A stretch of DNA of 64,000 bases, taken from the sequence record NC_070983.1; one strand, 5' to 3'. Position numbers and translations under genes: made by a program. Each line of letters begins with the position of its first letter. Position 1 is the first letter of the stretch. The stretch comes from Escherichia phage IME267. Shown here one piece after another: positions 19,865-29,400 of the stretch. A model generated the notes under the pieces. It was not told where the DNA came from and made no database searches. It saw only the letters and a program-made list of their open reading frames with translations.

Positions 19865-20833
19865 ATGGGTGCTGGAGGTTTTCGAAAGAACACTGGTAGA
19901 AACAACACCACACTTCCGTACAATGTTGGTTTTCTAAACAATGTGCAGGATACAGAAACTTACAACGTTGCCGTCTATGATGAACTACAAAAAGTTAGTA
20001 CAGCAACTAATCAGATGTTTCAAGCTATTGATGAAATACATGAAGAAATTGATGTTAGGATTAAAGCTCTTAATGCAATGAATCTTCAATTTGATGAACT
20101 TGAAAACAGAATTACTACAGAGATCGAAACAGCTATTGCTGATATTCAAACACAGATGGGCAATCTGTCCACTGAAGATATTTGGGATAATTCAGTACAA
20201 CCGCCAGTTAAGCTAGAAAGTTCTATGGCAGGGTTTAAAACTTCTATAGAAGGTAATGAGGTTAAGATACAATCTGTTGAGGGAATCGTAAACCAGCAGG
20301 GAGAGGAAATTGGCTTAGTTCAAACAGAGATCTCCAACATTAACAGCAGCCTATCTTCTTATATGAAGCTATCTGACTACGAGGCTACGTGGGGGGTTAA
20401 CTCAAATGTCAACGGTAGGTATGCTGGTGTCAAGTTAACTAACAACGGAACAAACAGTCAATTCCAAGTAACAGCTAACAAATTTATTGTTGGTGATGGC
20501 AGCTCTGGTAACACACCTTTTGTGTTTGAGGGTGGTAGGGCTAGAATGGAGTTCGCTGACATAAAGAACGTCAACATCACAACTGCTCAGATTGCCAACG
20601 CTAGGATCCAATGGGCACAGATTGATAACGTATCTATCTCCAATGCTCAGATTCAGAATTTATCAGCGGATAAAATCACTGCTGGTTCTATGTGGGGTTC
20701 TAACTGGAGACTTACTGTTGGTGGTGATTTTGTTATGGGTGGTACAGGTGGTTCTCAGTTGTGGATGAATGGTAATAGAATAGATTTTTATGATGGGAGT
20801 GGAACTCTTCGCATAAGAATAGGGAGTTGGTAA
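19865..20833 (+). CDS. Tail fibre-like protein
   Basis: ATG 19865 with GGAGGT upstream (track start 19853 is TTG); NVNITTAQIANARIQWAQIDNVSISNAQIQN repeat. Confidence 0.5.
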   Translation: MGAGGFRKNTGRNNTTLPYNVGFLNNVQDTETYNVAVYDELQKVSTATNQMFQAIDEIHEEIDVRIKALNAMNLQFDELENRITTEIETAIADIQTQMGNLSTEDIWDNSVQPPVKLESSMAGFKTSIEGNEVKIQSVEGIVNQQGEEIGLVQTEISNINSSLSSYMKLSDYEATWGVNSNVNGRYAGVKLTNNGTNSQFQVTANKFIVGDGSSGNTPFVFEGGRARMEFADIKNVNITTAQIANARIQWAQIDNVSISNAQIQNLSADKITAGSMWGSNWRLTVGGDFVMGGTGGSQLWMNGNRIDFYDGSGTLRIRIGSW

Positions 20834-20834
20834 C

Positions 20835-21869
20835 ATGGCATATGGAATATGGACACGCCCGGTTGGTCCGGGTCCAGCGGCCCCTGCTGATATTTATATT
20901 GATAGTGGTAGCACATTCCCTCAACTCAGAAATAGGGTCAGTGGGAATTTCTCTTTTAGTGGAAATACCTGTGACTTGCCTATAAGTGGTTGGGATGGTA
21001 GTGGTCAGATAGTTATAGTTCCAACAGGGTCTGTTGTTTGGGAGAGATACATACCTCCCAATTTAACATCTGATGTATATTGGATAACTGACATATCTGT
21101 TATTAATAACTCAACCTTCAGAGTTACTATGGACTATAATGTAAACGGTTGGATATTTGATATGGCTTTTAATGTGTATCAAATATGGCCTAGAGCTAAT
21201 AGGAACTATGGAATCACATTCTCCAACTCTGCTGACTATTTCTCAATCTCTGATTCTGGAGTTGTTGGTCAATGTATTTGGGCTTGGGAAGGTGACATAA
21301 ATGGTTCTCTTCAAATACCAGATATTGGTGGTTTTGATATGAGCCGAGCAACTGTCTACGCAAATTGGAGTAACGGAGGAGCAGGGCTTCTATACAATCC
21401 ATCCAATAGGGTTGTTTATGTGTACCAGAACAGGTCTCATGATAATGGTAACACAAACCAAACAGGATCCATTGGCGGTGTTAGAATTGCCGTCTTCTGT
21501 GATGGTTCTGGAGTACCGACTCATAATGGAGGTTTAAATATCTTTTCTCCAAATGGGTCTCAGTGTGTATTTTCTACATATAGAACCCCTTTTAGTGTTG
21601 AGGGATTTATGCCTATGAGTGGTGGTAACACATCTCTGGCCTATCCAATGATACCACTATCTTACGGAGCCGGAGCAATAAGAGGCAGGACTAGTGGTTG
21701 GTATTTTCAACACACAAGATCTCACATGATGAATGGCTCTTCTTTCAGCACAGGTTTCGGTAGGATGATTTACTCTTGGAGTGACCAATACGATTTAGGA
21801 GGAGGTGGTGCTCTCGGATTAAGCATTCCGATATTAGATGCTAGGAAAATATTCAGGAGTATACAATAA
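20835..21869 (+). CDS. Hypothetical virion protein
   Basis: 344 aa ORF within the tail-gene block, AGGGAG RBS. Confidence 0.5.
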   Translation: MAYGIWTRPVGPGPAAPADIYIDSGSTFPQLRNRVSGNFSFSGNTCDLPISGWDGSGQIVIVPTGSVVWERYIPPNLTSDVYWITDISVINNSTFRVTMDYNVNGWIFDMAFNVYQIWPRANRNYGITFSNSADYFSISDSGVVGQCIWAWEGDINGSLQIPDIGGFDMSRATVYANWSNGGAGLLYNPSNRVVYVYQNRSHDNGNTNQTGSIGGVRIAVFCDGSGVPTHNGGLNIFSPNGSQCVFSTYRTPFSVEGFMPMSGGNTSLAYPMIPLSYGAGAIRGRTSGWYFQHTRSHMMNGSSFSTGFGRMIYSWSDQYDLGGGGALGLSIPILDARKIFRSIQ

Positions 21870-21878
21870 GGAGTTATT

Positions 21879-22676
21879 ATGTCAATTAGAATGGGTATTG
21901 AAGAACTAGACCCAATGGTTCAACAGGCTTCAAAGAAGTATGGGATTCCTGCTGCTTTGATTCATGCTGTAATCCAAAGAGAGTCTAGTGGTCGTCCTAC
22001 AGTGGCTTCTGGAACTGGTCCTGTAGGCTTAATGCAGATTAGTAAAGGGTTGGCTAAAGATTATGGTTACAAACTTGAAGATAGGTTAGACCCTGCAAAG
22101 AATATTGACATGGGTGCTAGATATTTAAGAGATAACCTGAAAGCTTTTGACGGTGATGTGAGGAAGGCTTTGGTGGGGTATTCAGAAGGGACTGGTGGTG
22201 CTAAGCAAATGTTTGCTGGTAAGAAAGGGTTTACACCTCAAGCTTTAGATTCAATGAATAATAAGCTGTTCCTACCATTCTTTGATAAGAACACAGCAGC
22301 GGCACAAGTGGCTAATCCTGTAGGTGCTTTGAAAGCAGTACAGCCTGTGGACCAGTTTGATTCTAATACGCTGACTAGAGAAGGTGCTGCAAACGCTCCT
22401 ACTCAAGCAGAGATAGCTGCAAGCAAGGCTGGAGCTTTAGGTGGTCGTCCCGTAGAGTTTTACTCTGATGAACAATCTACTGGGGAAAATCAAAAACCTC
22501 AACAGAACTTTGGAAATGCTGTATTGGCAGCTGCTTCTATGCTTGCAGGAAAACAGCCTAACTCTCAAACCGTACAGAGAGCACATGCCCCTACTCAAGC
22601 AGGTTCTCGATATAGTCCACAAACACAAGCCGTGCTGAGACGTTTGTCTAGCATAGGTACTGATATTTACAGATAA
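21879..22676 (+). CDS. Lytic transglycosylase (SLT domain) virion protein
   Basis: ESSGRPTVASGTGPVGLMQISKGLAKDYGY matches the SLT catalytic-Glu region. Confidence 0.75.
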   Translation: MSIRMGIEELDPMVQQASKKYGIPAALIHAVIQRESSGRPTVASGTGPVGLMQISKGLAKDYGYKLEDRLDPAKNIDMGARYLRDNLKAFDGDVRKALVGYSEGTGGAKQMFAGKKGFTPQALDSMNNKLFLPFFDKNTAAAQVANPVGALKAVQPVDQFDSNTLTREGAANAPTQAEIAASKAGALGGRPVEFYSDEQSTGENQKPQQNFGNAVLAAASMLAGKQPNSQTVQRAHAPTQAGSRYSPQTQAVLRRLSSIGTDIYR

Positions 22677-22685
22677 GGAGGACGT

Positions 22686-23738
22686 ATGTCTCTTTTCGGT
22701 TCTGCTCCTAAATCTAAGACTACGGTAGCTCCGTCTTCTCAGGTTGATGCTCTTCTGAAACAGATTGTAGCAAATGCTCAGGCTATGAATCAAAACGATC
22801 AAGGTTTTATTAATCGTAACATAGCAGGTTTTAATGAAAATCAAACAGCAGCTCTTTCTAATTTAGCAAATTCTAACACACTCAACCAACTCAGTCAGAT
22901 GTACACCCCTAGAACTCAACAAGGGTTGGACCAGATGAATGAGTTGGCTCAGAAATATCAAAACCTAGTTAATAAGGGTGGTATCTCCGCTCAAGATGTT
23001 AATAATTTTAGCTCTGGACTGAATAACTCTGCACTAGCTAAGTCTACAGGCAAAGCTGCTGCTAATGTATCTCTTGGCAATGGCTCTGACTCAGGCTCTC
23101 TGAGACGCGCTGCTGCTCAAGGTGCTGCTCTTTCTTCAGCGAATACTAACCTCTCTCGCTCTATTCAGGGTAAAAATATGGGTGTTAGTAATCTTCTGAA
23201 TAACAACTCTTATCAGCAAGGTTTGCTCAATGCTCAGTCTGGTTTAGCAAATCAGAATCTGAACCTAGGAGCTGCTGGGGTGCAAGCTGGTCAACAGGCA
23301 ATACAGAATCAGCTCACTGCTGGAAACCTTCAACAGCAGCAAGATCAACTCCAAGCTAACAACAATTGGGAGAATGCTATTGGTAGTCAGCGGTATGGTT
23401 GGAATCAGCTTAACAATCAGCTTAATGTATTAAACTCAGTAAGTCCAATGGCTGGGTACACTATTACTAATAGAGGTGCTGCCCCTAATGCTTCACAACA
23501 AATCCTTGGTGCTGGGGTTACTGGTCTTGGTATTGCTGGTCGTCTAGGTGCTTTTACCCCTAATCAGCAAACTACTAATGCTTGGAACTCATACAATGCT
23601 TCTGGAGGTCAAGCTGGGATGGCTGGTCCTATGATTGGCGGCTCAAACCTGTCTCAACAGAATGGTCAGAGCAACTGGCTATCTACCGCAGGAAGTAATA
23701 TCTTAGGTGGTGTTCTAGGAGCCTTTGGAGCAAATTAA
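22686..23738 (+). CDS. Q/N/G-rich internal virion protein, paralog 1
   Basis: Low-complexity Gln/Asn/Gly/Ala-rich; N-terminal region similar to the next ORF. Confidence 0.5.
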   Translation: MSLFGSAPKSKTTVAPSSQVDALLKQIVANAQAMNQNDQGFINRNIAGFNENQTAALSNLANSNTLNQLSQMYTPRTQQGLDQMNELAQKYQNLVNKGGISAQDVNNFSSGLNNSALAKSTGKAAANVSLGNGSDSGSLRRAAAQGAALSSANTNLSRSIQGKNMGVSNLLNNNSYQQGLLNAQSGLANQNLNLGAAGVQAGQQAIQNQLTAGNLQQQQDQLQANNNWENAIGSQRYGWNQLNNQLNVLNSVSPMAGYTITNRGAAPNASQQILGAGVTGLGIAGRLGAFTPNQQTTNAWNSYNASGGQAGMAGPMIGGSNLSQQNGQSNWLSTAGSNILGGVLGAFGAN

Positions 23739-23747
23739 GGAGGAGCT

Positions 23748-24716
23748 ATGGCTTTATTTAGTGGTGGGAGTAGCAAGACTACTTCTAAAATGACAAGACC
23801 TGACTACATTCAGTCCTATATTGATCAGTTGGTCAATCAGGTTAATAACACTAGTTCAGGCGATTATGTGTATCGAGAAATTGTTGGACTTAATCAAAAC
23901 CAGCAAGAAGCTCTGAATAATCTATCACAATCTGGTGCATTAGGTGCACTTTCTTCTCAGTATATGGATGCTGCTCAATCTGGCTTAGGTTATCTAGATA
24001 ATGCATACTCTGGATATAACAACCTGTCTAACTCTGGTCAAATCACTGGGGAACAGATTGGTGCTCTTGCAGGCCAGCTCTATGACGATGAGGCTGTGCA
24101 AGCAGCTATTGCAGCGAATAATGAACAAACCCAACAGAGTTTGGCTAGGAATGCACTTCCTCAAATCTCTCAGCAGTTTGCTGGTCAGCAAGGTTCTGGT
24201 GCACGTATGGCTAAATCTTTTGCTCAGGGTGATGCTCTGAACCAGATGCAGAACACAGCAACTAATATTACTAACAGTGCCTACGACTCCGCTCTAACTC
24301 AAGCACAGAACATTCTTTCTGGTAATAGACAAACACAAGCATCTGCTTTAGGTGGTTTATCTAACATTGGCTCCAATCTTGCTAATCTAGGAAACCAAGC
24401 TGGTCAGTTATCACAACAGCAAATGATGAATCAGTGGAATGCAGGACTGCAACAGCAGCAACAACAGCAATCTGATTTGAACAATGCTTATGAGAATGCT
24501 CAGAATGCTGCTAATTGGGGTTGGCAGGATATTAACAATCAACTAGGTGCTGCCGGGGTTCTTAATGGAGCTTTAGGGACAACCACAACTACTAAAACAT
24601 CTGGTGGTAGTGGAGGCTTCCTAGGTGGTGCTGCGAGTGGTGCTGCTGCTGGTTCAGCTTTTGGCCCTTGGGGCGCTTTAGCTGGCGGTGTTATCGGTGG
24701 ATTAGCTAGCTCTTAA
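23748..24716 (+). CDS. Q/N/G-rich internal virion protein, paralog 2
   Basis: Shares MxLF..., NxNQxxALxNLxxS and Q/N-rich architecture with 22686..23738. Confidence 0.5.
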   Translation: MALFSGGSSKTTSKMTRPDYIQSYIDQLVNQVNNTSSGDYVYREIVGLNQNQQEALNNLSQSGALGALSSQYMDAAQSGLGYLDNAYSGYNNLSNSGQITGEQIGALAGQLYDDEAVQAAIAANNEQTQQSLARNALPQISQQFAGQQGSGARMAKSFAQGDALNQMQNTATNITNSAYDSALTQAQNILSGNRQTQASALGGLSNIGSNLANLGNQAGQLSQQQMMNQWNAGLQQQQQQQSDLNNAYENAQNAANWGWQDINNQLGAAGVLNGALGTTTTTKTSGGSGGFLGGAASGAAAGSAFGPWGALAGGVIGGLASS

Positions 24717-24730
24717 TTAGGAGAATAATT

Positions 24731-26398
24731 ATGCAACAAACTTCTTATGCGTATCTTCGCAGTCAAGACCCAAGAAATCAGATTTATGGTGTTAAACAAG
24801 GGGCCGCTTCGGCCTCTCCATACATGGCAAGACCTGCTTATCCAGCTGCTGATGTTTCTATGTATAACCGGAGACCTCCTGCTTCTCCTGTAGGTTTGTC
24901 TTCTCTTGTTGCCAATGCTCAAGAAGACCAAGAAGCTATGTTAAATCCGGGATTTAGACAGCGCCTTATGGAAGCAGAGAATCAAGGAACTCCTACAAGC
25001 CTTCAGGGTATTGATATTGGTGAACCAGCTCCTGCTATGAATAACCCAGATCTATCCTCTGATGAGGGTCTACAAGCTGCTGGGTTGATGCCTAGTGACC
25101 CACTTCCTGTTACTCCTCCTCGTAAACCTCTGGAAGAAACAGATAAAGAGTTCTCTCCAGTTCAAGTGGAACAGGCTCAGAATGTTATTAACACTTTAGC
25201 TAATAGTAATCCAGCTCCTGAAGGTATGGCTGGTGCAACTCGTGCTAAAGACCAAGAACGTATTAATAATGATATTATGGAAGTAGCTAAAGCTAAAGAC
25301 CCAGCACAAGCTTGGAATGAGCTTCAGAAGCAACCGTTCTATCAGAAGTCTAGTTTCTATACAGGGTTGATGGGTGTTGGTCTTTCTATTATGTCTGGTA
25401 AGTCCCCTATTGAAGCTTTCCAGATTGGCTCTGGTTTGGCTGCTCAGGATGAAACTAAACAACAGTTAGAAGCTAATCGTGATGCTCTGTTAGAGCAAGG
25501 CTACTCTCAAGACTCGGTTGCTGCTGCAATTGCTTCAGGAGATCCTTCTCTTCTTAAAATGCGTCAAATTAGTCCTCAGGAGAAAATGGCTCTTGCTGCT
25601 CAAGATGAAGAACGTGCTAACCGTGAATGGGATAGACGTCAGCAGATTCAAGAGAACTCTATGCGAGAGCGTGCTGCTGAGACTCGTCGTGCTGCTGAAG
25701 AACGTGCTGATGCACAATTTGCTAAACAGAAAGAGCTTATTGAATATCGTGATAAGGTTAAAGCAGACCGCGCTGAACAAGCTGCTCAGAGCTTCAACTT
25801 CAGTACGAAAGAGCTTCGTAACGTTCAGAATACTGCTGAAGGTTCTGTTGCTAAGCAGTGGGCAGAAAAAGCTGCTCTGTTTAAACAGTCTCATAAGGAC
25901 TTGGATTTGGCAGATCAGGCTATTAAAGATAAAGACTACCAATCCGCTCGTACCGCTTACATGCAGGCTATTATGAACTCCGCAAGGGCAGAAATTGGTG
26001 CTAACCGCTCTCTCCAAGCTGATGACTTGGCTCACTTTGCAGAAGACCCATCAATCTTTGTTAAGGTTGGTAATACTTGGTCACTTAAAGCAGGCTATCG
26101 TCCTTCTGATGCTGCTCTGTCATACGCTCGTAAGCAGGCAACTGTTGGTGCTTCTTCGGCTGACAAAGGTGTTCTGGAGTCTAAGAAATCAACTATTGAT
26201 GCTTATGTGGGTTCTGGCATGAATAAGAAACGTGCAACAGCTTTGGTTAACCGTGGTATACCTTCTGGCGGTTTCTATGACCCATACAAGACTTTTGATG
26301 CAGAAGCTGAAGAATCTGTTGGTGGAGATGCAACCAATCCTCGCTTAACAGGTGCTCTTTCTTCTTCAGCGACAGATACGAGTTGGATGTTACAGTAA
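24731..26398 (+). CDS. Internal virion protein with coiled-coil region
   Basis: 555 aa, charged helical central region, within the internal-protein block. Confidence 0.5.
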   Translation: MQQTSYAYLRSQDPRNQIYGVKQGAASASPYMARPAYPAADVSMYNRRPPASPVGLSSLVANAQEDQEAMLNPGFRQRLMEAENQGTPTSLQGIDIGEPAPAMNNPDLSSDEGLQAAGLMPSDPLPVTPPRKPLEETDKEFSPVQVEQAQNVINTLANSNPAPEGMAGATRAKDQERINNDIMEVAKAKDPAQAWNELQKQPFYQKSSFYTGLMGVGLSIMSGKSPIEAFQIGSGLAAQDETKQQLEANRDALLEQGYSQDSVAAAIASGDPSLLKMRQISPQEKMALAAQDEERANREWDRRQQIQENSMRERAAETRRAAEERADAQFAKQKELIEYRDKVKADRAEQAAQSFNFSTKELRNVQNTAEGSVAKQWAEKAALFKQSHKDLDLADQAIKDKDYQSARTAYMQAIMNSARAEIGANRSLQADDLAHFAEDPSIFVKVGNTWSLKAGYRPSDAALSYARKQATVGASSADKGVLESKKSTIDAYVGSGMNKKRATALVNRGIPSGGFYDPYKTFDAEAEESVGGDATNPRLTGALSSSATDTSWMLQ

Positions 26399-26423
26399 TC
26401 TAAGACCTAAGTCCTATCTCTTA

Positions 26424-26433
26424 TAATGTATAT
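26424..26433 (+). promoter_or_regulatory. TAATGTATAT motif (possible extended -10 element)
   Basis: Exact 10-mer shared with 8957 and 35616, 36 nt upstream of the 26469 start. Confidence 0.3.
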
Positions 26434-26468
26434 AGGAGGTAGGACATTTTTATTTATAAGGAGACGTT

Positions 26469-29400
26469 ATGGCTAATTTAAAATCGTGGGAAGAAGCTTC
26501 CAAAGCTCCTGCGTATCTGAATGCCTCTCCAGAGCAACAGGCTCAAATGAGAGAACAATACAAGGCAGCAGGGGGCACTATTCCTGAGACTCAACCACAA
26601 GAGCAACCACAACAAGAAGAACGAGGTGCTATTGGGGAGTTTGCTCAAGGTGTGTCTAACGCTCTTCAATCCGGTGGTGCTAACATTGCAGCTAGTGCTG
26701 CTAGAGGTATAGGTGGGCTGGTAGAGATTGGTGAAAACTTAACTGGTTCAGAAACAAGCTACGGTAAGCGTATTCAAGAGAACTCCAAGCAATTGCTGGA
26801 AGAGCGCTTATCTAAGATAGAAGATGGTTTTGGTAAAACAGCTGGTCAGTATGCTGGAGTTGCTGCTGATATTGGTTTGACAGTTGCAAACCCTGCTGTT
26901 GCTGCTGCTGTTATTGCGGCTCGTGAAACAGGTCGTGCATATGCTGACCAAACTCCAAAAGAAGACGAAGACAAGTCAGTTCTGGATGCTGCTCTTGTTG
27001 GTGGTGCTAACTACGCTGCTCAGAAAATCCTTCCGGGTATGACTGGTACAGCTTCTACTACTCTTGGTCGTGTAGGACAAAGCGTAGCCTCTAACGCAGT
27101 TGCTGGTGCTAAGGGTGGTGCTATTGTTGGTGCTGCTGAAGCTCAGAACAAATATGGGGATGACACTACTCTAGCTAACATATTAGAAGGGGCTATTGAA
27201 GAGGGTGCACTCGGTGCTGCTTATGGTGGGGCGATTGGTGGGGTTCATGGGTTAATAAGCCGTCCTAGCCCTCAAGTGTTTGATCGTACTCCTGAGCATG
27301 TTAAGACTGACATTGCTGCTGAAGATGAGGCTATTCGTAAAGCTGCTAACGCTGATGAACTCCGTGAAGCCTATGCTAAAGCTGAGAATGCTAATGCTGC
27401 CTCTGCTTTAAACCTTCTGGATGAAAATGGTTTCCGAATCACAGATGCAGTTGCTATGGACTCTCCTGCTGTTCAGCGTATCTTAAATACAGACCAAAGT
27501 CGTGCAGAGAAGGCTGCTACGGTTCAGAAAGATAGCTCTAACGTTCCCGGTCTTAATCCTCTCGCTTCTCCTAAGAAGACTCAAGGTAAAGCTTTTGCTG
27601 ACAATGAGTACAACCAGAAACAAGCTGTGGCAATGAAAGATGCAATGGCTGACTACACTAAAGATAACACCAAAGCCCTTACTGATGTTCTAGACAACCT
27701 AGACCGAGAGTTAGTAGCTCTGAGAGCAAGTGGTGATTTTACTGGTAGTGCTATTGACATTAAAAACCGTACTCAAGCTGATCGTGATTTTATTGATGCT
27801 TATAAAACTTTTTACAGTGAAGCTAATCGTTTCAAAGCTCGTGATGGTGAAGACCTAAACAACTTCATTGATAAAGCTACTCAGTTGCAGAAGCTCTCTG
27901 AAAATGTTTCTCCAGAAATGAAGAAGGCCATTGGTGGATTAAAGAAACTAAAAGGTATGCCTGAAGGTTTTAACCCTATCCAAGATGCTTTCACTCTGAA
28001 TAATACAGCTAAGTTCATGAGTAACCAAGACCGTGGTTGGACCTCTCTGACTGATGACGGTTTTCGTGAAGCTCCGGCTCCTGTGTTAGTTAAGAATCCT
28101 CTCGGTGCAGCCAAGTATGTACTTAACCGCTTTACTTCCGATCGTGCTCGTGCTCAACGTGAGAAGCAACAGTCAGCTAATAGTGAAGCTATCCGCTCTT
28201 TGGCTAGGGCTGATTTAGAAGTACAACGAGCTAGGACTCAGGCTGAAGAAGCAAGAGCAAAAATGGAAGAAGAACCAACCACAGAAGACATCAAATTCCG
28301 TACTCAAAATGATGCACCTTCCGAACCGGTTCGTGAGGAGCCTTCTGCTACTACTGTGACGGAAGAAATTCCTTCCTCTCCAGCTCCAACTGAAACACCT
28401 CTTACTGCGAGGGATTTGGTTGCTCAAAGACGTGCTCTCCAACAAGCAGAGCTTAGACGTCAAGAAGCTGAAGCTGCTCAGGCTCAAGAAAGTGCTACAC
28501 CAGAACCTGAACCGCAGCAAGAAGCTCTTACAGCTAGAGAATTAGTAGCTCAGCGTAGGGCTGTAGCAGAGGCTAAGAAGCGTCAAGAGGCAGAGGAAGC
28601 AGAACGTGCTAAAGAAGCTCCTGAGGAGGCCGTAGAAGAGCCTAAAGAGAAACCTGAGCCATTACCTGCTCGTGCTCCTAAAGCTCCTGAGAAGGCTCCT
28701 GAGCCTGTTAAACCGTCACTTGGTGTAGAGCGTCTAGCTTCTATGTCAACTGCTGCTCGTCAAGCAACGAAAGACCGTGCTGATCGATTTGCTCGTTCTT
28801 TATATTCGGCTGCTGCTAAAGCTAAAGCCACTGCGGAAAACTTCCTTTCTTACAAAGGAGACCCTAAAGAGCTTATGCGTCGTATCCGTCAGGAAGACCA
28901 AGCAAACAACACACAGCGTCATGAAGAGATGGCTAGAAACCAACTAGCTTCACAGCAAGGCATTGCTTCTGCTAAATCTCAACATGTTCGTGCTTCTTTT
29001 GCTGGTTGGGTGAAAGAACGTGGGTTGCCTTCTGATATTGCTACTAAGGCTTTACGGGCTGAAGAGAAAGGTTTAGGTGGGAACGTCACAAGTCTAGATT
29101 CACTGAAGCGAAGAGCTGAGCGTTTATATCAGAAACAAAGAGATGATGAGTTTGACCGTCTCTATCGAGAGGCTCTGGAAGAGAATAAAGCTTTTGATAA
29201 GAGAGATGCTCCTAAACTGGTAGACCAGAAGAAAGAGCTTCAGGATGAAATTGGTGCGTTGCTTGATGCTGAACCGTTACGTCCTGCTCAGAAAGATGCT
29301 ATGCGTAGGATTATGGAAGACTTCGTGGAGAGTAAGTTTAAATCTTCAGAGAGAGCTGGAAGGGTTGAGGCTTTGGAAGTTGGTCAGATGAAGGATGTGT

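Noticed and set aside
25518-26035. Opposite-strand and alternative-frame ORFs inside long genes (for example 25518..25976 +, 25535..26035 -, 45774..46139 +, 50882..51211 +, 8047..8289 +)
   Set aside because: They overlap well-supported genes, lack RBSs and have low-complexity or stop-codon-avoiding composition typical of shadow frames.
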